This document shows positions 17,748 through 26,671 of a DNA stretch of 64,000 nucleotides, piece by piece. Below the pieces are notes generated by a model, which was not told the DNA's origin, did not search any database, and was given only the letters and a program-made list of their open reading frames with translations. Source of the stretch: a virus (taxonomy: Duplodnaviria > Caudoviricetes); IMG/VR virus record IMGVR_UViG_649633004_000004, positions 2,833 through 66,832 of that record. One strand, 5' to 3'. A program made the translations under genes and the position numbers. Each line of letters begins with the position of its first letter. The stretch's first letter is position 1.

Positions 17748-18524
17748 ATGCCCAACCCCACAGCGGGCAAGAAGCCCGCACCCCCCAAGACTGATACCGC
17801 CGCGCCCGCCGCCTCGGGAAAGGATGCGGGCATTGCCGCGCCCGACTGGGAGCGCATCGAGTTGGACTACCGCGCTGGCATAAAGACCCTGCGCCAGATC
17901 GCCGACGAGCATGGCATCACCCACGGTGCCATCAATAAGCGCGCCAAGCGTGACGGATGGGAGCGCGACCTATCCGGGAAGATTCAAGCGAAGGCAGATG
18001 CGCTGGTATCCAAGGCAGCGGTATCCAGCGAGGTATCCAAAGAATCCAAGATCGCCGAAAAGCTGGTGATCGACGCGAATGCTCAAGCTGTCGCAGAAGT
18101 CCGGCTTGCGCATCGTCGTGACATCCAGCGCGCGCGTCGGCTGACAAATGCTCTGTTGGATGAACTGGAGCAGGAAACCGACCGCGATACGTTGGAGCAG
18201 TTGAAGAAGCTGGGCGAGCTGATGTTCGAGCCGGACGAGAAGACCGGCCGCGACCGACTGAATGAGTTGTACCAGGCCGTCATCAGCCTGCCCGAGCGCT
18301 CCAAGACCATGAAGACGCTGGCTGAGAGCCTGCAGAAGCTGGTGGACATGGAGCGCGCTGCATTCGGAATGGACAAGGACCAGCCGCGCGAGGCCGACCC
18401 GCTGGCTGCGCTGCTGGCCCGCATTGCAACCGGCAATGGCAACGGTTTCGCGCCTGTGGCGTCCGACCCTGAGCGTCCGTCATCGTCCTTGCTCGTGCGG
18501 GCTGACCCGGCCGATGAGGACTGA
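17748..18524 (+). CDS. Terminase small subunit
   Basis: PDWERIELDYRAG..TLRQIA..HGITHGAINKRAKRDGW HTH; upstream of the large subunit. Confidence 0.8.
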   Translation: MPNPTAGKKPAPPKTDTAAPAASGKDAGIAAPDWERIELDYRAGIKTLRQIADEHGITHGAINKRAKRDGWERDLSGKIQAKADALVSKAAVSSEVSKESKIAEKLVIDANAQAVAEVRLAHRRDIQRARRLTNALLDELEQETDRDTLEQLKKLGELMFEPDEKTGRDRLNELYQAVISLPERSKTMKTLAESLQKLVDMERAAFGMDKDQPREADPLAALLARIATGNGNGFAPVASDPERPSSSLLVRADPADED

Positions 18525-18526
18525 GC

Positions 18527-20134
18527 ATGCTCATGCCGGTGCGCAACGCTCGCCTGAACCGCTTGCCAGACAGCGCGCAAGAGCTGGAGCGCTGCTTGAC
18601 TGATCCCGAGTGGCGCCTGTTCTCTGGTTGCCTCTACAAGATCATGGTCAAGGGCGACAGCAAGGACGGCCAGGAAGGTGAGGCGTTCTCCATGCCGTTC
18701 GTGCCTAACCGGGCTCAGCGCCGGTTCATCAAGCGCTTGTGGCATCGGAACATCATCCTCAAGGCCCGCCAGCTCGGGTTCACCACGCTGATTGCCATCT
18801 TATGGCTGGATCATGCCCTGTTCAACGCAGATCAGCGGTGCGGGATCATCGCTCAGGACCGCGAGGCGGCCGAGGCGATCTTCCGGGATAAGGTGAAGTA
18901 CGCCTACCAGAATCTGCCTGAGGAAATCCGCGAGCGCTTCCCGTTGGCCCGTGACAGTGCATCCGAGTTGCTGTTCGCGCACAACAACTCCAGCGTGCGC
19001 GTAGCCACGTCCATGCGCTCGGGCACCATCCACCGGCTGCACATCAGCGAGTTTGGGAAGATATGCGCCAAGTTCCCGGACAAGGCCAAGGAGGTCATGA
19101 CGGGCTCGATTCCTGCCGTTCCCACCACAGGCATTCTGGTGATCGAGTCCACCGCCGAGGGCGCGAATGGCGAGTTCTACGACCTGTCCAAGCGCTCCCA
19201 GGCGCTGCACTACAGCCACCAGAAGCTGACGCCACGCGACTACCGATTCCATTTCTATGCGTGGTGGCAGGAGCCCAACTACCGGATGGACGCCACCCAG
19301 GTGTCCATCAGCCGCGAGATGCACGACTACTTCGACGGCATCGAGCAGGAGATGGAGTGCCAGATCGACCCGGAGCAGCGGGCCTGGTACGTGGCTACGC
19401 AGCAGGCGGACTTTCCCGGGCGCGAGGAGCGCATGTGGCAGGAGTATCCGTCCACCCCGGACGAGGCCTTCCAGCAGTCCACCGAGGGTCACTACTACGC
19501 CAAGGCGATGGTGGAACTGACAAAGCGCGGTGGTATTACGAGCGTACCCGTGTTGGACCTGCCCGTATACACGTTCTGGGACATCGGCCGAAGCGACGGC
19601 ACCTCTATCTGGTTCATGCAGTCTCTGCGCGGCGAAGACCGATTCATAGACTACTACGAAGAGCACAACGAAGACCTGCGCCACTACGCCCGCATCCTGC
19701 AGGAAAAAGGCTACCTCTACGGCGCCCACTATCTGCCACACGATGCGGACCACAAGAAGCTGTCTGACACGAACCGCAGCACGCGCGAACAACTCCAGGC
19801 CCTGTTGCCGGGCCAGTCCTTCCGCATCGTCCCTGTCATCACGCAACTGGTGACAGGCATCCATGCTGTGCGAAAGCACATCAAGGGTGCGTGGTTTGAC
19901 AAGGAGCGCTGCGCTTTCGGACTGGAGCGCATCCGTGGCTATCGCAAGAAGTTCAACCAGGCTCAGGGACGGTTCATCGATGAGCCGGACAAGTCCAACG
20001 GCTGCAGCGAAGGCGCCGATGCGCTGCGGCAGTGGGCGCAGGCCAAGGACTCTGGCTTGTTCGCTCCGAGCGATGACGGCTACGGCATCAATAACGACTA
20101 CCAAGAACCCGAAGCGCCCGACTGGCGCATGTGA
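18527..20134 (+). CDS. Terminase large subunit
   Basis: ILKARQLGFTT Walker A, HISEFG Walker B, ESTAEG, WDIG nuclease motif, LPHDA. Confidence 0.93.
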   Translation: MLMPVRNARLNRLPDSAQELERCLTDPEWRLFSGCLYKIMVKGDSKDGQEGEAFSMPFVPNRAQRRFIKRLWHRNIILKARQLGFTTLIAILWLDHALFNADQRCGIIAQDREAAEAIFRDKVKYAYQNLPEEIRERFPLARDSASELLFAHNNSSVRVATSMRSGTIHRLHISEFGKICAKFPDKAKEVMTGSIPAVPTTGILVIESTAEGANGEFYDLSKRSQALHYSHQKLTPRDYRFHFYAWWQEPNYRMDATQVSISREMHDYFDGIEQEMECQIDPEQRAWYVATQQADFPGREERMWQEYPSTPDEAFQQSTEGHYYAKAMVELTKRGGITSVPVLDLPVYTFWDIGRSDGTSIWFMQSLRGEDRFIDYYEEHNEDLRHYARILQEKGYLYGAHYLPHDADHKKLSDTNRSTREQLQALLPGQSFRIVPVITQLVTGIHAVRKHIKGAWFDKERCAFGLERIRGYRKKFNQAQGRFIDEPDKSNGCSEGADALRQWAQAKDSGLFAPSDDGYGINNDYQEPEAPDWRM

Positions 20135-20140
20135 GGCCCC

Positions 20141-22408
20141 ATGCGATACCTCAAGCCCCCCGCCAACGCCGACATGGGCCAAGCCCTGACCTTGCGTGAG
20201 TTCGCGGCCATCATCGACGAAGCCATCGACCAGCCGCCCTGGCGCGCCCAGGCGGACATCGAGGCCGACTACGTGGACGGCAACCAGCTCGATTCAAAGC
20301 TGCTGCAGCGGCTCAAGGCCATTGGCATCCCGCCGGCCAAGGAGAACATCATCGGCCCAGCCATCGCGGCGGTGTGCGGCTACGAGGCCAAGACCCGAAC
20401 CGACTGGCGCGTGACACCTGACGGCGACCCGGACGGCCAGGATGTGGCGGATGCGCTGAACTACCGCATCAACCAGGCAGAGCGCCACTCCAAGGCGGAT
20501 GTGGCCATGAGCGATGCTTTCCGGCCGCAGGCGAGCGTGGGCCTGGGATGGGTGGAGGTGGCGCGCTCCAGCGATCCATTCGGATATGGCAAGCGCTGCC
20601 GCTACGTGCACCGCAACGAGATCTTCTGGGACATGCGCGCCAAGGAGAAGGACCTGAGCGATGCCGGCTGGCTGCTGCGCGAGCGCTTCATCAAGAAGTC
20701 GCGCGTGGCTGCCGCCTTCCAGGAGAAGGCGGACCTCGTGAACCAGGCCGAGGCCGCGAGCGGCATGGGCGGATACGGCGGCTATGTGGTGGAGGGTGGC
20801 GTTTCCACGGGCCTGCTGGCTGGTGCGGAAACCAGCCGGGCATGGACCAGCCGCGAGCAGGCCTGGTACCGCAAGGAATCCGACGAGGTGTGCTTGGTGG
20901 AGCTGTGGTACCGCCGCTGGGTGAGTGCGGTGGTGCTGCGGCTGCGCGGCGGGCGCGTGGTGGAGTTCGACCTGAGCAACCCAATGCACCAAGCGGCGGT
21001 GGCCAGTGGGCAGGGAGTGCTGGAGCGCACGACTGTGGCGCGCGTGCGGCGCAGCTTCTGGATGGGGCCGTATTGCCTGCACGATGGCCCGAGCCCGTAC
21101 CCGCACCCTTATTTCCCCTACGTTCCGTTTTGGGGCTACCGCGAGGACATGACAGGCGTGCCGTTCGGCCTGGTGCGGGACATGATCTTTCCTCAGGACA
21201 ACCTGAACAGCACTATTGCCAAGCTGCGCTGGGGGCTGGCGGCGACGCGCACGGAACGCACCAAGGGCGCGGTGGCGATGACCGACGAGCAATTCCGCCG
21301 GCAGATCGCGCGGCCGGATGCCGATGTGATCCTGGATGCCGAGCACTTCAAGGGAAATTCTGGAGCCCGCTTCGAGGTCAAACGGGACTTCCAACTCAAT
21401 GCCCAGCAGTTCCAGATGATGGCGGACAGCCGCGCGGCATTGGACCGTGTGAGCGGCATCACGGCTGCGATGCAGGGCCGACAGGGCACGGCACGCTCGG
21501 GCCTGCAGGAGCAGACCCAGTTGGAGCAGTCCCAGACAAGCATCGCGGACCTGATGGACAACTTCAAGGAAGGGCGCGCACTGGTGGGCGAGATGTTGCT
21601 GGCCATGGAGATCGAGGACCTTGGCTCCGAGGAGTCATCCATCGTGATCGAGGGCGACGTGCTCAACCCGCCGCGCACGGTGGTGCTGAACCATCCCGAG
21701 ATTGATCTGGAAACGGGTATCCCCTATCTGTCCAACGACGTGCAGCGCACGCGGCTCAAGGTGGCGTTGGAGGATGTGCCCAGTACCAGCAGCTTCCGCG
21801 TGCAGCAGCTCAACGCTCTCTCCGAAGCCGCGAAATCCATGCCGTCGGAAATCCAGGCGGTGGTGCTGCCGTTCCTGATCGATCTGATGGACCTGCCGCG
21901 CAAGAAGCAGGTGGTGGAGGCCATTCGCACTGCCCAGGCCGGCGGCCAGGCCGATCCCGATGCCATCCGGGAGCAGGTGAAGCAGGAGCTGATGCACGAC
22001 CTCAAGGAGCGCGAGCTGGCGCTGAAGGAGCGCATCGGCGACGCCCAGATCGAAAAGCTCGTGCGCGAAGCTGTGCAGGTAGGTGTGCAGTCGGCATTTT
22101 CTGCTATGCAAGCAGGAGCGCAGGTGGCGCAGATGCCGATGATCGCCCCCGTGGCCGACGCCATCATGCAGGGCCAGGGCTACCAGCGTCCCGCCGCGGG
22201 CGACGATCCCAACTTCCCGACGGCCCAGGTGCAGGCAGCGGTGCAGATGAAGGAGCCCTACTTGCAGGGGCAGGGGCGGCCGGCTGATGACGGCGTGCAG
22301 GAGGTGCGCGAGAACACCAGCCCGCAGTTTCCGCCGGTGCCGCAGGAGCCCGGCACGGGCCAGCGCGGCATCGAGACACTATCGCCCGGTGACAACCTGC
22401 CAGCGTGA
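20141..22408 (+). CDS. Portal protein (P22/933W-like)
   Basis: 755 aa after terminase; YVDGNQ, FPYVPFWGYR, GLVRDMIFPQD motifs. Confidence 0.85.
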   Translation: MRYLKPPANADMGQALTLREFAAIIDEAIDQPPWRAQADIEADYVDGNQLDSKLLQRLKAIGIPPAKENIIGPAIAAVCGYEAKTRTDWRVTPDGDPDGQDVADALNYRINQAERHSKADVAMSDAFRPQASVGLGWVEVARSSDPFGYGKRCRYVHRNEIFWDMRAKEKDLSDAGWLLRERFIKKSRVAAAFQEKADLVNQAEAASGMGGYGGYVVEGGVSTGLLAGAETSRAWTSREQAWYRKESDEVCLVELWYRRWVSAVVLRLRGGRVVEFDLSNPMHQAAVASGQGVLERTTVARVRRSFWMGPYCLHDGPSPYPHPYFPYVPFWGYREDMTGVPFGLVRDMIFPQDNLNSTIAKLRWGLAATRTERTKGAVAMTDEQFRRQIARPDADVILDAEHFKGNSGARFEVKRDFQLNAQQFQMMADSRAALDRVSGITAAMQGRQGTARSGLQEQTQLEQSQTSIADLMDNFKEGRALVGEMLLAMEIEDLGSEESSIVIEGDVLNPPRTVVLNHPEIDLETGIPYLSNDVQRTRLKVALEDVPSTSSFRVQQLNALSEAAKSMPSEIQAVVLPFLIDLMDLPRKKQVVEAIRTAQAGGQADPDAIREQVKQELMHDLKERELALKERIGDAQIEKLVREAVQVGVQSAFSAMQAGAQVAQMPMIAPVADAIMQGQGYQRPAAGDDPNFPTAQVQAAVQMKEPYLQGQGRPADDGVQEVRENTSPQFPPVPQEPGTGQRGIETLSPGDNLPA

Positions 22409-22418
22409 AGGCGGATCG

Positions 22419-22460
22419 CCCGGTATAGGGCGGGACTTCCGCTCTGCACCATCGGACACT
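22419..22460 (+). promoter_or_regulatory. Late promoter motif copy 2 (scaffold/capsid)
   Basis: CCCGGTATAGGGCGGGAC...GGACACT with the same spacing. Confidence 0.6.
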
Positions 22461-22583
22461 GTGCCCACCTGCTCGTGATGAGCCGGATTCCCACCGATGG
22501 AGAGCGAGAAGGCCGGGGCTTCGGCCCTGGCCCGATCCTCGAAACGGTGTGCCCACCAACAGACTCGGCCGGAGGCCGGGACC

Positions 22584-23582
22584 ATGGAGCACAGATTGAC
22601 AACTGAAGCACAGCAACTGCTCGATGCGGCATTCGCCGGAAAGCTGGATCTGGACGCGGACGCAAGCCAGAACAGCGCGGCCGCAGCCGCCGCCGAGGGC
22701 GCAGCAGGTCAACGGACCGAGGAGCCAAAGACCAACGCCGCCAATGACAAGCAGGCCGGCGCCGCCGCTCAGGATGACGAGCCCGCGGGCGCACCGATTG
22801 CCAGCAAGTCCGGCGCGTACACGATCCCCTACGAAAAGCTGACCCAGGCACGCCAGGAGCGCGACACCCTCAAGGCCGAGAACGAACAGCTCAAGGCCCA
22901 AGTGACGCAACTGACCGCTGCCCAGGCGCAGAACCTCGCTGCCGCACAGGAGCAGGCGCAGGCCCGGGCGGATGCCGGCCAGGCGCCCACCGAAGCGGAC
23001 AAGAACCTCGCCGTGGCCCAGGCTGCGGCTGCGCAGGGCGTGGATATGGCCCTGTTCGGGGATTTCAGCGAGGAGAGCATCGCCAACGGTGTTGCCGCCT
23101 TGGTGGAGCAGCGTGCGGCTGCGCTGGTGGATGCACGGCTGAAGGATGCATTGGCACCCTTCCAGCAGCGTGAAGCCAGGAGCAGCGCTGATGCCCACAC
23201 CCAGGCGATCTATGCCGTCCACAAGGACGCCGACGAGATCTACGAGTCCGCCGAGTTCAAGAAGTGGATGGGCGAGCAGCCCGGCTATGCCCGTGCGGCC
23301 ATCGAGCATGCACTGGCCAATGGCGAAGCCCCGCAGGTGATCGAGGTGTTCTCGACCTTCAAGGCTGCAACTGGCAAGACGGCACCGGCCGATGCAGTGA
23401 CCAAGGCGCTGGAAGCCGTGAAGGTGCAGCCGCCGGCCAGCTTGTCGGAGTTGCCCGGCGCTGTCGGCACCAGCGACGCCGAGCGCGTCACTGCATTGGC
23501 CGACGACCCCGCCAAGTTGCTGGACTTCATGGCCGGTTTGAGCCCTGAGAAGCAGAACCGGCTGATGAACAGCGTGGTGTAG
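22584..23582 (+). CDS. Scaffolding protein
   Basis: Acidic Ala-rich coiled coil, TIPYEKL motif; between portal and capsid. Confidence 0.7.
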   Translation: MEHRLTTEAQQLLDAAFAGKLDLDADASQNSAAAAAAEGAAGQRTEEPKTNAANDKQAGAAAQDDEPAGAPIASKSGAYTIPYEKLTQARQERDTLKAENEQLKAQVTQLTAAQAQNLAAAQEQAQARADAGQAPTEADKNLAVAQAAAAQGVDMALFGDFSEESIANGVAALVEQRAAALVDARLKDALAPFQQREARSSADAHTQAIYAVHKDADEIYESAEFKKWMGEQPGYARAAIEHALANGEAPQVIEVFSTFKAATGKTAPADAVTKALEAVKVQPPASLSELPGAVGTSDAERVTALADDPAKLLDFMAGLSPEKQNRLMNSVV

Positions 23583-23650
23583 CAGCCGCGCGATTTGAAC
23601 CCTGGGCCACCTCGTGATGAGGCAGCCCTCTCCCATCGAAGGAGGTCAGC

Positions 23651-24940
23651 ATGACCAAGACCGTTGTGGGCGCCGGCTCGCCGAACGCCCAGTTTGTCCA
23701 GGCTGCGGGGCTGTTCGCTCAGTCCATGCAGCGCAATTCCACGCTCAACCGCATGGTGGGCAAGATGCCCTCCAGCGAGGGCGAGGTGAACCAGGTGCTG
23801 CGCAAGCAGACCAGCACCGATATGCCCATCGTGCGCACGGTGGACCTGTCGCGTGGCAAGGGCGACGAGGTGGAGTTCCACTTCGTGCAGCCCGTGGGCG
23901 CGTACCCGATCATGGGTTCGCGCATGGCCGAGGGCAAGGGCACCGGCATCTCGCTGGACAAGGCACGGGTCCGCGTGAACCAGGCGCGTTTCCCCATCGA
24001 CGTGGGCGACACCATGACGGATATCCGCTCGCCGGTGGATTTCCGCAAGATCGGGCGCCCTATCGCGCAGTCGCTGATGGATGCCTACCAGGACCAGTCC
24101 ATGCTGGTGCACCTGGCCGGTGCCCGCGGCTTCCACGACAACATCGAGTGGCGCCTGCCCACGGCCGACCATGCCGATTTTGCCGAGATGGCCATCAACG
24201 AGGTGAAGGCGCCCACGGCGAACCGCCACTTCGTGGCCGACGGTGATGCCATCAAGCCGTTCACTGTGGTGGGGGGCGAGATCGACCTGCAGACCACCGA
24301 CCTGCTGGACATGGACATCGTGGACAGCGTCCGCACGGTGATCGAGTCCATCGCGCTACCGCCCCCGGCGATCAAGATCCCGGGCGACAAGGTGGCCGAG
24401 GACTCGCCGCTGCGCTGTCTGCTGGTGTCTCCGGCCCAGTACCACGCATTCGCCCAGGATCCGAACTTCCGGCAGTTCCAGGCGAACGCCCTGGCGCGCG
24501 CCTCGAAGGCGGAGAACCACCCGCTGTTCCTGGGCGAGGTGGGCCTGTGGAACGGTGTGCTGATCTGCAAGATGCCCAAGCCTATCCGTTTCTATGCCGG
24601 TGACACGATCCGCTACTGCGCGTCGAAGACCAGCGAGACGGAGAGCTCTTGCGTTGTTCCGGCGGGCTTCGGCACTACCCACGCGGTGGACCGTGCGCTG
24701 TTGCTGGGCGGCCAGGCGCTGGCGCAGGCCTTCGCCTCCTCGCGCCACGGCGGCATGCCCTTCTTCTGGAAGGAAAAGGGCTTCGACCACGACGACAAGA
24801 TGGAGCTGCTGATCGGTGCCATCCAGGGGCTGGCCAAGGTGCGCTGGCTCGTGGACCAGGGCGGCGGCACGAAGCACTTTACCGACCACGGCGTGTTTGC
24901 CATCGACACGGCTGTGCCGATCATCGGCGCGCGCCAGTAA
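23651..24940 (+). CDS. Major capsid protein (N4-gp56/DUF4043 family)
   Basis: DLSRGKGDEV, HPLFLGEVGLWNGVLI, ALLLGGQALAQA, DHGVFAIDTA; GGAGG RBS. Confidence 0.88.
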   Translation: MTKTVVGAGSPNAQFVQAAGLFAQSMQRNSTLNRMVGKMPSSEGEVNQVLRKQTSTDMPIVRTVDLSRGKGDEVEFHFVQPVGAYPIMGSRMAEGKGTGISLDKARVRVNQARFPIDVGDTMTDIRSPVDFRKIGRPIAQSLMDAYQDQSMLVHLAGARGFHDNIEWRLPTADHADFAEMAINEVKAPTANRHFVADGDAIKPFTVVGGEIDLQTTDLLDMDIVDSVRTVIESIALPPPAIKIPGDKVAEDSPLRCLLVSPAQYHAFAQDPNFRQFQANALARASKAENHPLFLGEVGLWNGVLICKMPKPIRFYAGDTIRYCASKTSETESSCVVPAGFGTTHAVDRALLLGGQALAQAFASSRHGGMPFFWKEKGFDHDDKMELLIGAIQGLAKVRWLVDQGGGTKHFTDHGVFAIDTAVPIIGARQ

Positions 24941-25011
24941 GCAGTGAGCCCCGGGCCGCCGCCGGCGGTCCGGCCTCAACGGTCTGAACCCTTGAATTAC
25001 GGAGGCTCACC

Positions 25012-25488
25012 ATGGCCAATATCACCAAGAAGGCAAATCCCCGCGTCAATGTCGGCGCTTCTCCCTGGGGCAACGCCCATGGCCTGCTGTACACGCTGCA
25101 GACGGCGGCCAACGGCGGGGCCATTGGCGCGGACTCTGGCGCCGCTATCGCGCAAGGCGACAAGGTGCGCCTGGGCGTCATCCCTGCCGGCTCCACGCTG
25201 CTGGACAGCCTGGCTGTCGTCTCCACCGCCATGACCGCGGCCGTTGTGGGCGATCTGGGCTTCGAGTACGTGGACGGCGTGGACGACGCCAAGGTCCCGC
25301 AGGACGCCGACTACTTCGGTGCCTCGCTGGCGCTGAATGCCACCGGCCGCCTGCGCAATGCCACCACGAACCCGCCCGTCACGCTGCCCAAGGATGCGTG
25401 GCTGGTGCTGACCACGGGCGGCGCGGCCAACGCCAAGGCATCGCGTGTGGACGTGGTGCTGACGGTGGCATCCGAAGGCACGGCCTGA
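25012..25488 (+). CDS. Virion structural protein (decoration-like)
   Basis: GGAGG RBS; directly after the capsid gene. Confidence 0.65.
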   Translation: MANITKKANPRVNVGASPWGNAHGLLYTLQTAANGGAIGADSGAAIAQGDKVRLGVIPAGSTLLDSLAVVSTAMTAAVVGDLGFEYVDGVDDAKVPQDADYFGASLALNATGRLRNATTNPPVTLPKDAWLVLTTGGAANAKASRVDVVLTVASEGTA

Positions 25489-25512
25489 GCTCGCCCTGAC
25501 GCCTGAATGAAG

Positions 25513-25537
25513 CAAGCCGGCTCGCCCGGCTTGTTTT
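25513..25537 (+). terminator. Terminator after capsid/decoration genes
   Basis: CAAGCCGG-CTCGC-CCGGCTTG followed by TTTT. Confidence 0.55.
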
Positions 25538-25560
25538 CCATCCAACCCAAGGAATCCGCC

Positions 25561-25995
25561 ATGAACCTCACCCGTATCACCTACCTGGGCCGCAAGACCT
25601 ACCGCGAAAAGATCTCCAACAACACCTGGGAGCAGGGAGACACCAAGCTGGTGACGACCGATGCCGCAAAGCGGCTGCTGCGTTTCGCCGAGTTCGAGTC
25701 GGCCAAGCAGGAGGCCGAGCGCGCCCAGGCGCACGTCGGCAAGAAGGACGAAGGCGAGCAAAAGCCCACTGACCCCGAACTGGAGGCGGCCATGCTGCGC
25801 CAGCAGGAGGCCGAGCGCGCCCAGGCGCAGGAGCGCCAGCAGGTGGAGTCCATGCTGCTGACCGTCGAGAGCATGGACAAGCCTGCTTTGGAAGAGTACG
25901 CGCGCAAGTACGAGGTGGAGCTGGACAAGCGCCTGGGCGTGGCCAAGCTGCGCGCCGAGGTATCCACGCTGATCGAACAGTTCGGGGTGCGCTGA
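25561..25995 (+). CDS. Phage hypothetical protein
   Basis: AAGGA RBS; within the structural cluster. Confidence 0.65.
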   Translation: MNLTRITYLGRKTYREKISNNTWEQGDTKLVTTDAAKRLLRFAEFESAKQEAERAQAHVGKKDEGEQKPTDPELEAAMLRQQEAERAQAQERQQVESMLLTVESMDKPALEEYARKYEVELDKRLGVAKLRAEVSTLIEQFGVR

Positions 25996-25996
25996 G

Positions 25997-26662
25997 ATGA
26001 ACCTGGAGCAGTTGGTCGAGCGTTTCCGCATCGATGCGGATGACCTCGTGGAGCCTTACCTGTGGCAGCCTGAATGGGTGGTGGGATGGCTCAACGAGGC
26101 GCAGGACGAAGCCGCGGTACGCGCGCGGCTGCTGCTGGACGACTACACGCCGGGTCTGTGCGAGATCGCCGTGGAGGAGGGCAGGGGCAGCTACCCACTG
26201 CACTCCAAGACCTACGAGATCGCACATCTGCAGTTCGAGTCCACCGGACGGCCCTGTGAGCTGGACATGGTCAGCCGCGAGAAGCTGGACCGCATCGAGC
26301 CGCGCTGGCGCCAGTTGGCCGCCGACGCGCCGCGTTGGGCCATCCAGACCGACACGCGGCTGCGCCTGGTGCCTGCGCCGCGTGAGGCCGGGCTGTTGCG
26401 CCTGGAGGCCTACCGCCTGCCCATGCGAGCGCTGGCGCAGGACAGAGACAAGCCCGAGATCCACGAGGCCCACCACCTGCACCTGGTGCAGTGGGCACTC
26501 TATCGGGCATTCAGCAAGCCCGACACGGAGGTGATCGACCCCACCCGCGCGGCGCAGGCCCTGGACAACTTCGAGCGGTATTTCGGCCTGCGGCCTGATG
26601 CCGATTTGCGGCGCTCCACGCGCCAGGACGAGGTGCAGGCCAACGTGAGCCACATCCTCTGA
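25997..26662 (+). CDS. Head-tail adaptor protein
   Basis: WLNEAQDEA, HLHLVQWALYRAFSKPD motifs typical of podovirus adaptors. Confidence 0.7.
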   Translation: MNLEQLVERFRIDADDLVEPYLWQPEWVVGWLNEAQDEAAVRARLLLDDYTPGLCEIAVEEGRGSYPLHSKTYEIAHLQFESTGRPCELDMVSREKLDRIEPRWRQLAADAPRWAIQTDTRLRLVPAPREAGLLRLEAYRLPMRALAQDRDKPEIHEAHHLHLVQWALYRAFSKPDTEVIDPTRAAQALDNFERYFGLRPDADLRRSTRQDEVQANVSHIL

Positions 26663-26671
26663 GGAATTGCC